Positions 32,613 to 43,817 of a stretch of 51,909 bases of DNA are shown piece by piece (within the stretch, counting starts at the first letter, position 1; the number at the start of each line of letters is the position of its first letter). Both the position numbers and the translations under genes were made by a program. Source of the DNA: Craspedostauros australis. Lineage: Eukaryota. The stretch spans positions 1-51,909 of the forward strand of contig JALAGF010006527.1 of NCBI GenBank assembly GCA_030167865.1. Reading direction: 5' to 3'. Below the pieces are notes generated by a model. That model saw nothing but the letters and a program-made list of their open reading frames with translations. It ran no database searches and was not told the origin of the DNA.

Positions 32613-33397
32613 GGTCAAGGTCAGCAATCGTCGTTGGATGGTGATCTGATGTTGCGCTTTGTGATGCTGTGAGTATTATGCGATGGTCGGGCTTGTGATG
32701 ATTCTGATGGCAGTGATGCGAGTAGCTCTCTGCCCGGAGCGTGCAGACTGACGTCCGTTGGTGGCTTGGATTGTTGCTTGGTTTGTGAACGATGGAGGAC
32801 GTGGCTGAATCTGTGGAACAGAATGTGAAGGTGTGGTTCTTCACCGGTTTCGAAACATGATCATTGGCAATGCGATGTGATGGGCCGTACTGAACAGAAT
32901 ATCACTGAAGACTCGTTAAAGCAATGTCGATTAACGCTAAGGATAATTCCACGACCCCAGTTCCGAAATAGCCTTTCGCGTGATGTCGAAGATTCCACCA
33001 AAGGAGAACCACTTCTGAACAAAACACGCGTGCGGTTGGAGGCCAGGCGGAGGCAAACCAGGAGCATGGTCTAACTCCCCGAGGAGAGATCAGTCCAGCA
33101 TGCTCCTGCGATTCTACATCCTCTAGTCGTATCCTCTGCAGAGACAGGGAGAGTGTGCGTTTGCGTCCCTGTCACTACGTTCATATAGTATAATATAATA
33201 TTGTATTGGGATAGCTTGAGTCGTTGGCGTGAGCATGTTCAGATCGTCTGTATCATCTGCAATGGCTTTTCCTATCCAATGGCATCTCCATCTCCATCTC
33301 AATCCATCCAACCTGACGACCCTGCCATTTCTGATTCGTGTTGCAAGATGAATACGCCAGCATAGCAGGGCACAACAACGCAGAGCACAATGCAAGC

Positions 33398-34405
33398 TTA
33401 CTCCAAAGCACCGGCCTCCAAGACGTTGATCATGCTGTACACCTTGCCCTCCGATTCCGTCTGCACCTTCTGAGCGAGGAACTTGACGGCATCTGCCGTA
33501 CCTTCGGCGTAGACCGTTCTTCCGGCGACATTGTGCTGCAACTGAAACTGCACGGACTTGTCGGCACTCGTCAAGGTGTACGTGTGGAAGGCATGTCCAT
33601 TGATGGCATCCGCGGGCACGCCGAACTCGACTGACTTGACATCATCCCGGATCATGGCGACATCGTCGTAGGTGTAGTCAGCGTTGTCGCTGAGCACCTT
33701 GAGAGAATCGATGACGGCCTTGGCCGTGCCGGATGTGTCGGCCTTGGTCTTTTGGTGGCTCTCCGTGACCTCCAGCTTGTATCCCGCAAAGGCGGCAGGG
33801 TACTTCGTGGCCAACTCCTCCAACGCGGCCTGCATGGCGACGATCTGCTTGCCCATGTTTGGCGCGATGACGGCGAAGTGCTTGGCCGATTCCATGTCCT
33901 GCAGCAGTTTCTCGCGGTCTCCGCCCGTCGTGCCCATGACGAACGGCACGTCGTTTTCGGCGTAGAACAAGGCGTTGGAATTGACGGCGGATGGATGCGT
34001 GTAATCGATGGCCAGCACGGATGCCGACTTCTTCTCCTTGAGGTCCGCGATGCGGGTCTTGATGTCATCCTTCTGGTTGGAGGGGATGAGGCGCACATCG
34101 GACGACTTGCCGGAGACGTCGTCACTGACGGTGATGGTGCATTCCGGGATGTCGGGTCCCGTCATGGCGATGGGCGACAGCTTCAACCCCTTGCGCAGGC
34201 AGGCCTCGGCAGCCGCGGTGGCCATGGGTCCTGGCATGCCGTTGACCATGATGAAGGCATCGACGGTGTCATCGGCGGCCATCGACAGACGGGAGACTGC
34301 CGTGGATGCCGATCGCTGCTGTTGCTGCGTTGTGATGGCGACATGCTGGAAGGCGCTCGCCGTGGAAAGCGAAAGCGCGATGATGAGGTTGCTCAGACGA
34401 AACAT
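33398..34405 (-). CDS. dapB: 4-hydroxy-tetrahydrodipicolinate reductase, plastid-targeted
   Basis: MVNGMPGPM, IDYTHP, PFVMGTTGG, APNMGKQ, ESHQKTKADTSGTA, GHAFHTY, HNVAGR..YAEG; signal peptide ending ASA|F followed by a Ser/Thr/Arg-rich transit peptide. Confidence 0.95.
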   Translation of the reverse strand: MFRLSNLIIALSLSTASAFQHVAITTQQQQRSASTAVSRLSMAADDTVDAFIMVNGMPGPMATAAAEACLRKGLKLSPIAMTGPDIPECTITVSDDVSGKSSDVRLIPSNQKDDIKTRIADLKEKKSASVLAIDYTHPSAVNSNALFYAENDVPFVMGTTGGDREKLLQDMESAKHFAVIAPNMGKQIVAMQAALEELATKYPAAFAGYKLEVTESHQKTKADTSGTAKAVIDSLKVLSDNADYTYDDVAMIRDDVKSVEFGVPADAINGHAFHTYTLTSADKSVQFQLQHNVAGRTVYAEGTADAVKFLAQKVQTESEGKVYSMINVLEAGALE

Positions 34406-35060
34406 GGTGGCTTTGATAGACGAATTTATGGATGGCTGTTGGTGTGCTTGCAGAATCCTTTTCTCGAATTGTGTTCTGCCGGTCAGGTTGCTGTGGGTGT
34501 TCTCATGGAGTGTGAGTGTCTGTGTGTGTGTCCGTGCTGGGATTGGTATCGGCATCAGCACCAACAGCGACAGGAGGACTGTGCTGTGTTTGGATACGTG
34601 AGCAGTGGCAGGAATGATCGCCGCGGCACATGCGCGTGATCGGGTTGTGGTTTGGCATTCTTCTTCTCGTGACGTTTTGTGTGGTTGGAGAAAGATGTCG
34701 GAATGATTCAGTCGACTCTATCAGAACAATCGGATCGGAGAACCGGGTTTGGAGAACACGAAACGTGTCCCGAATTCAATGTGACGAAAACAGCGTGGAC
34801 GAGGCACAACAATGGTGATGGATCGTGTCAGACAACACAAAACGATGGTGATGGATCTTGTGCCAGACAAGGCACACAGAAACCTCGCCCTCTCTCTCTC
34901 GCTCTCTCTCTTCGGAGTAGAGGCAGCAACTCCAACGAGTTCATCATCCAACAATGCTCACCGTGGAGCCGTGCATTCCAAACAACACGCTGTCGAACAT
35001 GGACAAGAGCAACCATCACCAAGGGGAAGGTGGAGACGCCACGGAAAAACGACAGCACAG

Positions 35061-35149
35061 CAAAACCTGAGTGTTCTGTGAGTCTCATCCGTGTGGTTGG
35101 TTCAGCAAACAAAACCTGAGTGCTCTGTGAGTCTAATCTGTGTGGTTGG
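35061..35149 (+). repeat. 40-bp imperfect tandem duplication (period 49); a similar ~30-bp duplication at 34808-34870
   Basis: CAAAACCTGAGTG(T/C)TCTGTGAGTCT(C/A)ATC(C/T)GTGTGGTTGG at 35061 and 35110. Confidence 0.85.
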
Positions 35150-35772
35150 CACTGACCAGGAACGCACAAAAAGATTCCAACAGACACAAAAGTTGAGGAG
35201 ACCAAGAACAACAAACTGTTGGTCTCATCATACGCACCCAGCATTCACTCTCTCGAGGCTTTCCTCGTTCCATAATCACAAACTCATCCAAGAGAGCACG
35301 GCCATCATCAGCATCATCATTTTCATCATAATCAACGACATCATCACAAACGACATCAACACACCCACACCACTCAACCATCAGAACCGGCCACGCCTTC
35401 TCCAACCTCCTCAGTACTCGTATTGATAGGTCAAGGAGTACCTCGGAGAGCAGCGGAGAAAGCACACACATAGATTCATCGCAGGTACCGAACAGCGCCG
35501 CTGCCACTGCCACTGCACACAACGCCACCACACGACACGACAGGACGAGGTGATTCGAAGGCAACCGAAGGATTCAAAGCTAAGCGGAGCTTGACTGGAG
35601 TCCTCACAAAGGCAGAACAAAACAAGACAAGGTGAGCAGAATCAAACATTGTTGTCGATATCGACGGCACCATCAACAACAACACTCACACTAACACCAG
35701 AACTCCACGGTTTCTTGTTGCTGTTGCCCTTTCGCCTCCAATCACTTTCGCTGAACGGTTGTCAACAGCAAG

Positions 35773-38700
35773 ATGAGCGACATTCGACAGCCGACGGAAA
35801 AGCACAAGGAGAATCTTACTCGCTTGAATCCAATCTTCAACACAATGGCTTTCTGGACCAACATGTCGAACTTGGAAGATGACTCCAAGGCACAAGCATA
35901 TCTGATGGACTGTGCCACCATGTCCATGCAAAAGGCCGGCATGACCGCCTTCAACGAGACCGACCTTCGGAATGCACATGTTAAGATTGTTTCGAAATGG
36001 GACGACTACCGCCGCAGCATTTTGAGGCAGGTGCGCAATGGCCACGAAGCTCCACGTCTGGACGAGGTGGTTACGAACGACATCGATTGGGGGCGCACCA
36101 ACTCGGTGGCAGAGTGGCTCACAGCCTTCCTTCGTGTCAATAAAGCAATCCCCCAGTGCGTCGTCTCCATTGCGCGTACATTCGAGGATGATAGCAAACT
36201 CGTCGATACCGCGAAGCCACGCCAATCAGTCCTCAAACTGTTATCGGAGGTCTTCAACAAGGATGACAATGGCTTTCGAGGTCTGCAATGCACCTCGAGA
36301 ATCACAACCGAATATCGTGATCTGGACAACACCTGGATACGCCACGGCAATCAAGTTACTGGCTACGCACACTACATCGGCAAGCCCAGCTTTCGACATG
36401 GAGGAAATCGCGACATGCTCCCGGAACGAGTCTTCATCAGGGCGCCAACCACACCAACAGGCACCCACAAGGACAATAACGTTCATGTGTACTACCAGGA
36501 GAGTGGTAGCGGCAAGACCGTGGAGCTCGCGGCGAGCGCATACACCAGAAACGCTCTGTTCACTATCATTCTCAACACTGACGATGTGAAACTTCTTGCT
36601 CCATCGAGTGGTCTCGACGTCAAGACAGACCGAATGAATAAATCTTGGATGAAGCTCACAAATCAAGTCAACTCATTCCTCATGCAAGACCGAAAAAGTT
36701 TCAACAGGCTTGTCGACTTCCTGGGACTGTTGGATCGTAAGATCGAAGAGCAGACTACACTGTTCATCGTCGTTGCGATTGACGAAGCAAGCAGGTCCCC
36801 AAACTTTGTCCGGGCCATCATTGAGAGCCACAAAGACTTTGGAAAGATGCTGGGGAAGTTCATCCAGTACAAATGTACTAAAGAGTTGATGGAGAAAGAC
36901 AAGCCCCTTCCACCAGGAGCAACACAATCCTCGTGGTATGGGAGAAAACAGAGCCTGTCCTTTCAGGAGTCCGAGAACATGCTGAAAATACTGGAGGAAG
37001 GCAAATACTCCCATCGCTTCAATCACATTGACATCGAAGTCCTATTCTCTGTCGCAGGCATCGGCGTCTCGCAAGTGATCGCAGGATCTGCACTTCCAAA
37101 CTTCATCCACTTGCAGCCCTCTGCGAAAACCAACCCCGGCCAAGTCTACGACACTCTTCGCTGCGAATTCGCGAGAGACGACACGAATACCATCATACCA
37201 AAGTACACAGAGCTTCGGCAGTTCCCTCTTCTCAAGGCCATCGTTGATTCCAACGCGCGGATGATCTCAATCTACATGCTCGAGTCAGCATATCAACAAG
37301 ACATCAACGAACGTGAGGGAAAGAAATCAAGTGAGAATGCATACGAGCAGAATGCTATCCTTTCCCGCACCTTCAACCGTTTCATGACAAGCAATGGCAT
37401 GGATTGTCTATTGTGCGAACCGCACCATGCACGGCTCGCGGCATCTCAGGCTTTGTCAGTTGTTCTTTTCCAACAGGATCAACCTTTCGGCCAACCGCTC
37501 AACGATGATCAACTGAAGAACATGGATTACGGGATCACCTTCCAACACTTCAGGAATGACGAGGGCGGTTCCGTCATGCGTCGGTTGGTCTTTGAGTATG
37601 GTTTGGTGACTGCGAAGCCATTCACAGGGGCAAATGGCCGCACGCCGCAGGCAAGTCCATTCGAGCTCAGTGATGCCATGCAGCTCCTGTGCCTTTGGCT
37701 GATCCAAGGCGGCCCAGCAGTTCCGGCGGAGAAATCGTTCCTGGGAACAACCTCAGCCAGCTTTGAAACCCTCACCGCGCTGCTGGTCGGGGCCGCCATC
37801 GCCGCGTCCTCCGTCGTCAAGAAGGATGAGGACGGGCGCGTCCTTGCTGCTCCCACCGAGGGTTACGATCATGGCACAGTTGTCCAGCAGGAAGCAGACA
37901 TCATTGCTGCTCTGAGCAAGGTCGGGATGAGGACAAAAGCATGCATGTCGGACAACAACCAGGTGTCCCACTACACATGCGAAACGACTTCAGGCGTGAA
38001 ACCTGTGGCAAAAAGCGCCGGCGATCTCTTTTGGTCTCTCAAGGATGCTCATCCGGCACTACTTTCCATAGACTTCGAGATTCCTCCGGTGTACTTCCAC
38101 AAGTCCACGCTGACTTTCGTGGAGGAAGAAGTGGACGTGGCGCGCATCGAGGCTGCTGCCGACGGAGCTGCGGAAGCTGAATTTCACAAACTGAACAAGG
38201 CTCACTTTGACCAAAACGGAACCTTACAAACAACTCCACTGGCGGACGTTGGTTCAAAGAAGATAAAAAAGGAGCTAGCATCCCATTATGCAATGTTCGT
38301 CGATGAGGACCTACTCCACATCCTCAGCGAGATCCGGAAGCTCGAAACACAATCCTCTGACATGCATGACTTCAACCCACGATTAATCAAGAGCGACGGG
38401 ACGACAAGATTTGTCAACTACGCCGGCATATTTGAAGGTGTGGACAAGATCTTCTACCTGCCACTCATCCACGTTGCGGACGACAGCAGCGAGCTCGCAG
38501 ACGCGTACGTCACCTTCCTTGCGGAGTCGCCGACCACCGAAGTAGGTGGTAAACGCTACAGCGTGCGATCGATCTGCATCCAATCCAGAGATCTCGCACA
38601 GGACACGCGTCCGAACAAGAAAGACTACCTGGAACGTGCCCTCGCAGTGGCGAGCCCGGCACTGGACCCTCTCTTTGGTAGAGACCGCGTATACACCGTT

Positions 38701-38952
38701 GCAGGTACACAAGGCACAGTTCCTTGGGATAATGAAGGAAGAAACTTTCCGTACATTCCTTTCGCGGTGGACAAGTCCAGTATCCTGAAGACTCCGATGG
38801 AAGCGTTGAGCAAGCGCCGTGGCCCAACCGCAAAACATGGCCAGCACGCTGTACTCTCGGTCGGACCAAGAAAAAAAACGAGTAAGACAGAGAAGGAACT
38901 CGGGTACATCGATCGCCTCAAGCAGGAGAAAGAGGACCAAGACGACGGCTAA
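35773..38952 (+). CDS. Large P-loop NTPase protein, Crinkler/RHS (CR)-effector-like, with possible C-terminal REase-fold domain, 1059 aa
   Basis: Intronless ORF; Walker A QESGSGKT, Walker B IVVAIDEA, sensor-like SVAGIG, NARM; C-terminal ADAYV...ICIQSRD. Confidence 0.65.
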   Translation: MSDIRQPTEKHKENLTRLNPIFNTMAFWTNMSNLEDDSKAQAYLMDCATMSMQKAGMTAFNETDLRNAHVKIVSKWDDYRRSILRQVRNGHEAPRLDEVVTNDIDWGRTNSVAEWLTAFLRVNKAIPQCVVSIARTFEDDSKLVDTAKPRQSVLKLLSEVFNKDDNGFRGLQCTSRITTEYRDLDNTWIRHGNQVTGYAHYIGKPSFRHGGNRDMLPERVFIRAPTTPTGTHKDNNVHVYYQESGSGKTVELAASAYTRNALFTIILNTDDVKLLAPSSGLDVKTDRMNKSWMKLTNQVNSFLMQDRKSFNRLVDFLGLLDRKIEEQTTLFIVVAIDEASRSPNFVRAIIESHKDFGKMLGKFIQYKCTKELMEKDKPLPPGATQSSWYGRKQSLSFQESENMLKILEEGKYSHRFNHIDIEVLFSVAGIGVSQVIAGSALPNFIHLQPSAKTNPGQVYDTLRCEFARDDTNTIIPKYTELRQFPLLKAIVDSNARMISIYMLESAYQQDINEREGKKSSENAYEQNAILSRTFNRFMTSNGMDCLLCEPHHARLAASQALSVVLFQQDQPFGQPLNDDQLKNMDYGITFQHFRNDEGGSVMRRLVFEYGLVTAKPFTGANGRTPQASPFELSDAMQLLCLWLIQGGPAVPAEKSFLGTTSASFETLTALLVGAAIAASSVVKKDEDGRVLAAPTEGYDHGTVVQQEADIIAALSKVGMRTKACMSDNNQVSHYTCETTSGVKPVAKSAGDLFWSLKDAHPALLSIDFEIPPVYFHKSTLTFVEEEVDVARIEAAADGAAEAEFHKLNKAHFDQNGTLQTTPLADVGSKKIKKELASHYAMFVDEDLLHILSEIRKLETQSSDMHDFNPRLIKSDGTTRFVNYAGIFEGVDKIFYLPLIHVADDSSELADAYVTFLAESPTTEVGGKRYSVRSICIQSRDLAQDTRPNKKDYLERALAVASPALDPLFGRDRVYTVAGTQGTVPWDNEGRNFPYIPFAVDKSSILKTPMEALSKRRGPTAKHGQHAVLSVGPRKKTSKTEKELGYIDRLKQEKEDQDDG

Positions 38953-39880
38953 ATGACCTCGATGGATGGCATCAGCGACGGGGGACCTGCGGGTATTGCG
39001 CTGAGGTGACAACCAGGCAGCCGGACCAAGATGGCAAGTGCCGCATGCCTCACGAAGGCGTCGTTCATTGCCGACACTAACCAAAGGAGCACACGGAAAA
39101 CGGGTCCGGTGTTTTCAATCCACACATACGCCCGTCCACCCACCCATGCATTCATCCTTCAGAACATCTCGTGGTTTTGATGATTTGCGCAACGACATTC
39201 ATATTGATGCCAATGCATGGCCCTTCGGAAAGAAAGGCTGCGTTGCAGTCTTACCAATATTACACGTAAAGAACATCACTAGTACCATGCGTACTCATAC
39301 ATGTAACACTACAAGTGCGGCCGCGAATGCTACGCAGTGGCATTTTGCGACTCTGCGCGGATGATCTTCACGTCATGGCATCGCGCCCGTTGTGCGCGAC
39401 GCAGTTCCAGCATCAGCGTCACCGCCATTGGAACATCATGTACGGCGCGCGACACAATGGGATCAACGTATGAGTGAAGGCAACGCAGAGCTCTTTTTCC
39501 TCAACATGACATGATGCGAGCGGTACGACAGTCTTGGCACCTGATGATTATGCTTGTGAGGATTGATGTTTCTTGCTCAATGTTCTGATGGACATGTTGT
39601 GTAGAAGTTCTCCATGTCGCTGCTCTGACAAGCACGAGTATGCTGAAATGGCGGAAGCAGAGGCGCCCCATTCGTACTCGTCCGAGCAGGTGAAATAGAT
39701 GTCGACATCGAAGACTCCGATGGCAGCAATGGATCTTCGTCGCAGTCAAACCGCAACGCACGACATGGACGCGCAATTATCCTCCGGGGTCAGATGCATG
39801 GCGTCAGACCCGGATCAGCGTGTCGACCAACCTTGGGTAGCATTGGTCAAGCATCTGAACACGCCTTCAGCCAAACCAAG

Positions 39881-39918
39881 TATTATATTATATTATATTA
39901 TATTATATTATATTATAT
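39881..39918 (+). repeat. (TATTA)n microsatellite
   Basis: Directly visible pentamer repeat. Confidence 0.95.
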
Positions 39919-41084
39919 GATCATACGATTCAGTATACTCTTGAGTAGCCTCCTTGGGTATCATGCATGAACAGCTGCATTGTTGAATAGTCGTAAGGTC
40001 CCATCTTCAGTTCCACGCACGGGCCGCTCCAACGAACGAGCGCAGAGGGGAACGCAGAATCAGTCTGGCGCGGACTCCCACAGAACTCCCACGCAGGAAT
40101 TTCCAGGAATACTGTAGAACCTCCAAGAAGTTTCTTTTGTCGCTGATGTGAATCCCGGTTCTGGTCGACCCATGTGACTCGAAGATCTTTGCAGATCGAC
40201 GAAAATGTTAGCACGGTACCTATGCTACCACGCGTCCTGGCTCGTAGATACAATACTACCTCCCAAGCAGAAAAAGTTGTATAAATAGTATTCTATATGG
40301 TTGATGAATGTATGCTTGTCTTGATTGTGGAATGATGTGCCACTGAAAGGTCCATTACGGAGTACTGGTAGAGTTCCACGAGGTGATCATTGAGGTTGCA
40401 CAGTGTCGAACAGCCAACAGCTCGAGACGAAGGAGGACGTTCTTTTCCATTTCTCTTTGTCCAAGCCAAGCCAAGCCAACCATCAACAACGATATGGAAC
40501 ACCATGCTCTCCTCTGCACATACTTGCCTCTTCTTTTCATAATGTTTATTTGTGAATACCGTGCTTGTATTCCAACACTCATCAAGATAGTAGTGGCATG
40601 GCTGTTGCTTGCTTGTCTGCTCGCAGTCACACCCAACGACGCAAACAAGGAAAGAAGAATTCGTTCACGTGGATTCAGTCCTGCGAGACGATGACTTGAG
40701 GTTTGACAGTGAATTTTCTCGCAAGATACCAAAACGAAGATCTCGATGACCGCTCCATGAAGTCCAAAGAAGAAAACACGGAACCGCGATGTCCGCCGCG
40801 TCTGGATCGCTTTGTTTCACCGGATCCATTTCCACTCACGGTGATTCTGCCAGGACTGGCTGCCGTGAGCGAACTCTCTCGTCATCGTCGTTGTTGTCGT
40901 CGTCATCATCGTCATCAGGATCACTCTGCTCGTGGCTCGTGCCCTGTTCCTCGTGGATTCATGGATCGTGTTCAGTGACCGTCACCCCCATCATAAAAAC
41001 GAACACCGACAACCAACAGCGACAGTAACAACCAACAGCAACCAGCAACCAGCAACAACTAACAGCCAGCAACAACCAACAACC

Positions 41085-43817
41085 ATGGACACGGCGAATG
41101 AACCAGCAGCCTTGGTTGAGGAACCATCGCCCAGCGATGCCAAGCCCGACAACAAGAACGATGGAAATGCCGACGCTGCGACGCAAGCACAGTCATCGGA
41201 CAAGAAGACCGTCCTGGTGTTGATGTCACCCTCCAGCGGCAACCGCCAACAGCTCACAAATCAAACTCGCGTCATGACCATGTTCGCGGCCCACGACATC
41301 GAACCCACAACGCTGGATGCCGCCGACCCTGCCAACAAGGACCGCCGCAGCGAGCTCTTTGCCATCAGCGGCATCCGTGCCAAGTACCCGCAGGTCTTTC
41401 TCGTCGAAGGCGACGCCACCACGTTCCTCGGTGACTACGATGCCATCGAGTACATGAATGACTCCGGCACGCTCGCAGCCTGCGTGGCACCGACAACTGT
41501 CGCGTCGTCCGAAGCTCCTGCGACTTCGGATGATCCTGTGACAGAGACTGCGCCAGAAGCAACGGAGCAAGCAGACATCAAGCCAGAAGAGGTCACTGCC
41601 CCCGTCAGCGATCCGCAATCAACCGAAGCTGCTTCAACCGAAGCTTCTCCAACTGAAGCTTCTCCAACTGAAGCTACTTCAACAGAGGACATCGAGACAA
41701 AGGCAGAAGACGTGCTTGCAGCTGAGCCTGAGGCGACTGACAAGGCTGCGGCTGAAGCTCCAGTCGAAACTCCAGACGAACCAGAGAAAGAGCCAGTTGC
41801 TGAGACTGAGGCTGCAGTCGAAACCAAGGCAGAACCATCAGATACCACAACAGCCGAGCCGGCCGCAACAGCTGAGGTCGAGTCAGGGCTGGAAACAGAA
41901 ATGGAGACTCCAGTTGAGACTGAACGAGCCGCATCGGTACCGGTTGAGACCGAGCCACAGACAGAAACGCCAGCGGAAGCAGAAAAGCCCGAGCCAGTCC
42001 AGTCTGAGCCACAAGCAGAGGAGCCAACGGAGACTGCCACTAACACCGAGCCCACGGCAGAGACTCCAGCTGCTGAGTCCGTGACAGAGACCAATGCGGA
42101 CACTGCAGAATCATCTGAGGTTGAACCTGAAGCACCAAAAGAGGCCGAGCCAGCCGCGGAGACTCTGGTGGAGACTTCGGTGGAAACCAACACAGCGGCA
42201 GTCAAGGCGACCGAACCTGAAGCAGAGACACCAACAGAGGATGCGGTCGCGCCAAAGCCTGAGCCGGCCGTGGACACTTCAGTTGCTGATGACTCGCCAG
42301 CCACAGCAGATATGGCAGAAGTCGAATCAGAGGCCAAACCAGCAACTATGCCCGAAGTGGTAGAGGAGACCGAGCCTGAGCCAGATGCAGCTGTGAAGAC
42401 TCCACCCACCGAGACTCCAGAGGAGACTCCAGAGGAGACTCCAGAGGAGACCAACGCGGAGCCAGCCGATCCTGCGCCTGACGCAGCAACAGACGAAGCG
42501 GTCACGCCCGTGCCAGAACCAGAAACACCAACGGCAGAAATTGAACCCGCGTCCGAACCAATCGTGGACGCTCCAGTTGAGGCCAACGACAGCACCCCAG
42601 AGCCAGTTGAAACCAAGGAAGAGGCATCGGCTGCGCCTGAAATCGAGCCAGAAGTGACCAACGAGGCGGAGACTCCAGTCAACGCCGAGTCAGAAGCACC
42701 AACGGCGGAAATTGAACCCGCTCAAGCTGAGGCTCAAGCTGAAACTGAGCCAGCGGTTGAAACACCTGCCGAAACGAAGGAAGAAGTGGCAAGTTCGACC
42801 GAGGCAGACTTAGAAGAAGCGGAAGAGACGCAGGTTGAGGAGCCAGTGAAGGAGGAAGAAAAGTCGGCAGTTGTGGCCGAAACCGAACCAGCAGCAGCAG
42901 CAGATGAACCTTCGGCTCAGGCTGAATCCGAGCCAAACATTGAGGGTCCAGTCCAAGTGGAAGAAGAGGAGAAGGAGGAGAAGGAAGCCACAGCTGCATC
43001 CGATCCCGAACCAGCGACAGAGGCAGCACCAGTCGAAGCCGAGACGGAAACAACAGCAGACACCACCAAGGAAGATGCCGCACCGGCAAAATCCGAGGCA
43101 GAAGCAGCCGAGGTCGAGCCAGACGCAGCTGACACGCCCGAGGTCAAGCCTGAACCTGAGCCCGAAGCTGAGCCAGAGACAGAGCCAGTTGTGACCGAAG
43201 CGCCAACACCAGCTCAGACCGAGACCGCGCAAGATGCAGCGGACAATGCTGAGACCGCAGCAGAAACGCCAAGCCTCGAGAAGGATGACTCGTGGGAAGT
43301 AGTCCCCGCCATGGAGGCGGACGTGACTGCCGACCCATCAACCACCACCACGACCGTGCCAACAGAGGCAGAAGGAGCAGCAGAAACAGATGCGGCACCA
43401 GCCGGTGAAAACAAGGAGACGAGCACACCTGCGGAACCAGAATCCAATGATGCCGCGCAGGAGCAGGCCACCGCAGCAGACGATGCCCAGGAAGACGTCA
43501 AGGCAGAGGTACCTGAAGAGCCCCAGGAGCCAAAGGTGGACGAAGCACTCAAGTCTCCCGCGGCAACTCCATCCCCACCAACAGAATCCGCGAACGGAAG
43601 CCGCATCGAAAGCGAACCACCGGTAGTCGAAGAGAAACCAAAGACGCGAGATCTATCTCTCCCATCCGAAGACGCCAACGACAACGACAAGCCCACGACC
43701 AGATCGTTGGATTTCTCGGAGGGCAGCACGAAGAAGACCGCAGATATTCCGCCAATGGCAATCGCAGTCGTTGCCGCCGCCATCGTCATTGGCATATACT
43801 TGCAAGCCAGAACCTAA
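41085..43817 (+). CDS. SH3BGR/glutaredoxin-like domain + long acidic E/A/P/T-rich disordered region + C-terminal transmembrane anchor, 910 aa
   Basis: VLVLMS...NQTRVMTMF...LDAADPANKDRRSELFAISG...YPQVF...FLGDYD..E..ND.G.L; C-terminal IAVVAAAIVIGIYL followed by QART*. Confidence 0.82.
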   Translation: MDTANEPAALVEEPSPSDAKPDNKNDGNADAATQAQSSDKKTVLVLMSPSSGNRQQLTNQTRVMTMFAAHDIEPTTLDAADPANKDRRSELFAISGIRAKYPQVFLVEGDATTFLGDYDAIEYMNDSGTLAACVAPTTVASSEAPATSDDPVTETAPEATEQADIKPEEVTAPVSDPQSTEAASTEASPTEASPTEATSTEDIETKAEDVLAAEPEATDKAAAEAPVETPDEPEKEPVAETEAAVETKAEPSDTTTAEPAATAEVESGLETEMETPVETERAASVPVETEPQTETPAEAEKPEPVQSEPQAEEPTETATNTEPTAETPAAESVTETNADTAESSEVEPEAPKEAEPAAETLVETSVETNTAAVKATEPEAETPTEDAVAPKPEPAVDTSVADDSPATADMAEVESEAKPATMPEVVEETEPEPDAAVKTPPTETPEETPEETPEETNAEPADPAPDAATDEAVTPVPEPETPTAEIEPASEPIVDAPVEANDSTPEPVETKEEASAAPEIEPEVTNEAETPVNAESEAPTAEIEPAQAEAQAETEPAVETPAETKEEVASSTEADLEEAEETQVEEPVKEEEKSAVVAETEPAAAADEPSAQAESEPNIEGPVQVEEEEKEEKEATAASDPEPATEAAPVEAETETTADTTKEDAAPAKSEAEAAEVEPDAADTPEVKPEPEPEAEPETEPVVTEAPTPAQTETAQDAADNAETAAETPSLEKDDSWEVVPAMEADVTADPSTTTTTVPTEAEGAAETDAAPAGENKETSTPAEPESNDAAQEQATAADDAQEDVKAEVPEEPQEPKVDEALKSPAATPSPPTESANGSRIESEPPVVEEKPKTRDLSLPSEDANDNDKPTTRSLDFSEGSTKKTADIPPMAIAVVAAAIVIGIYLQART

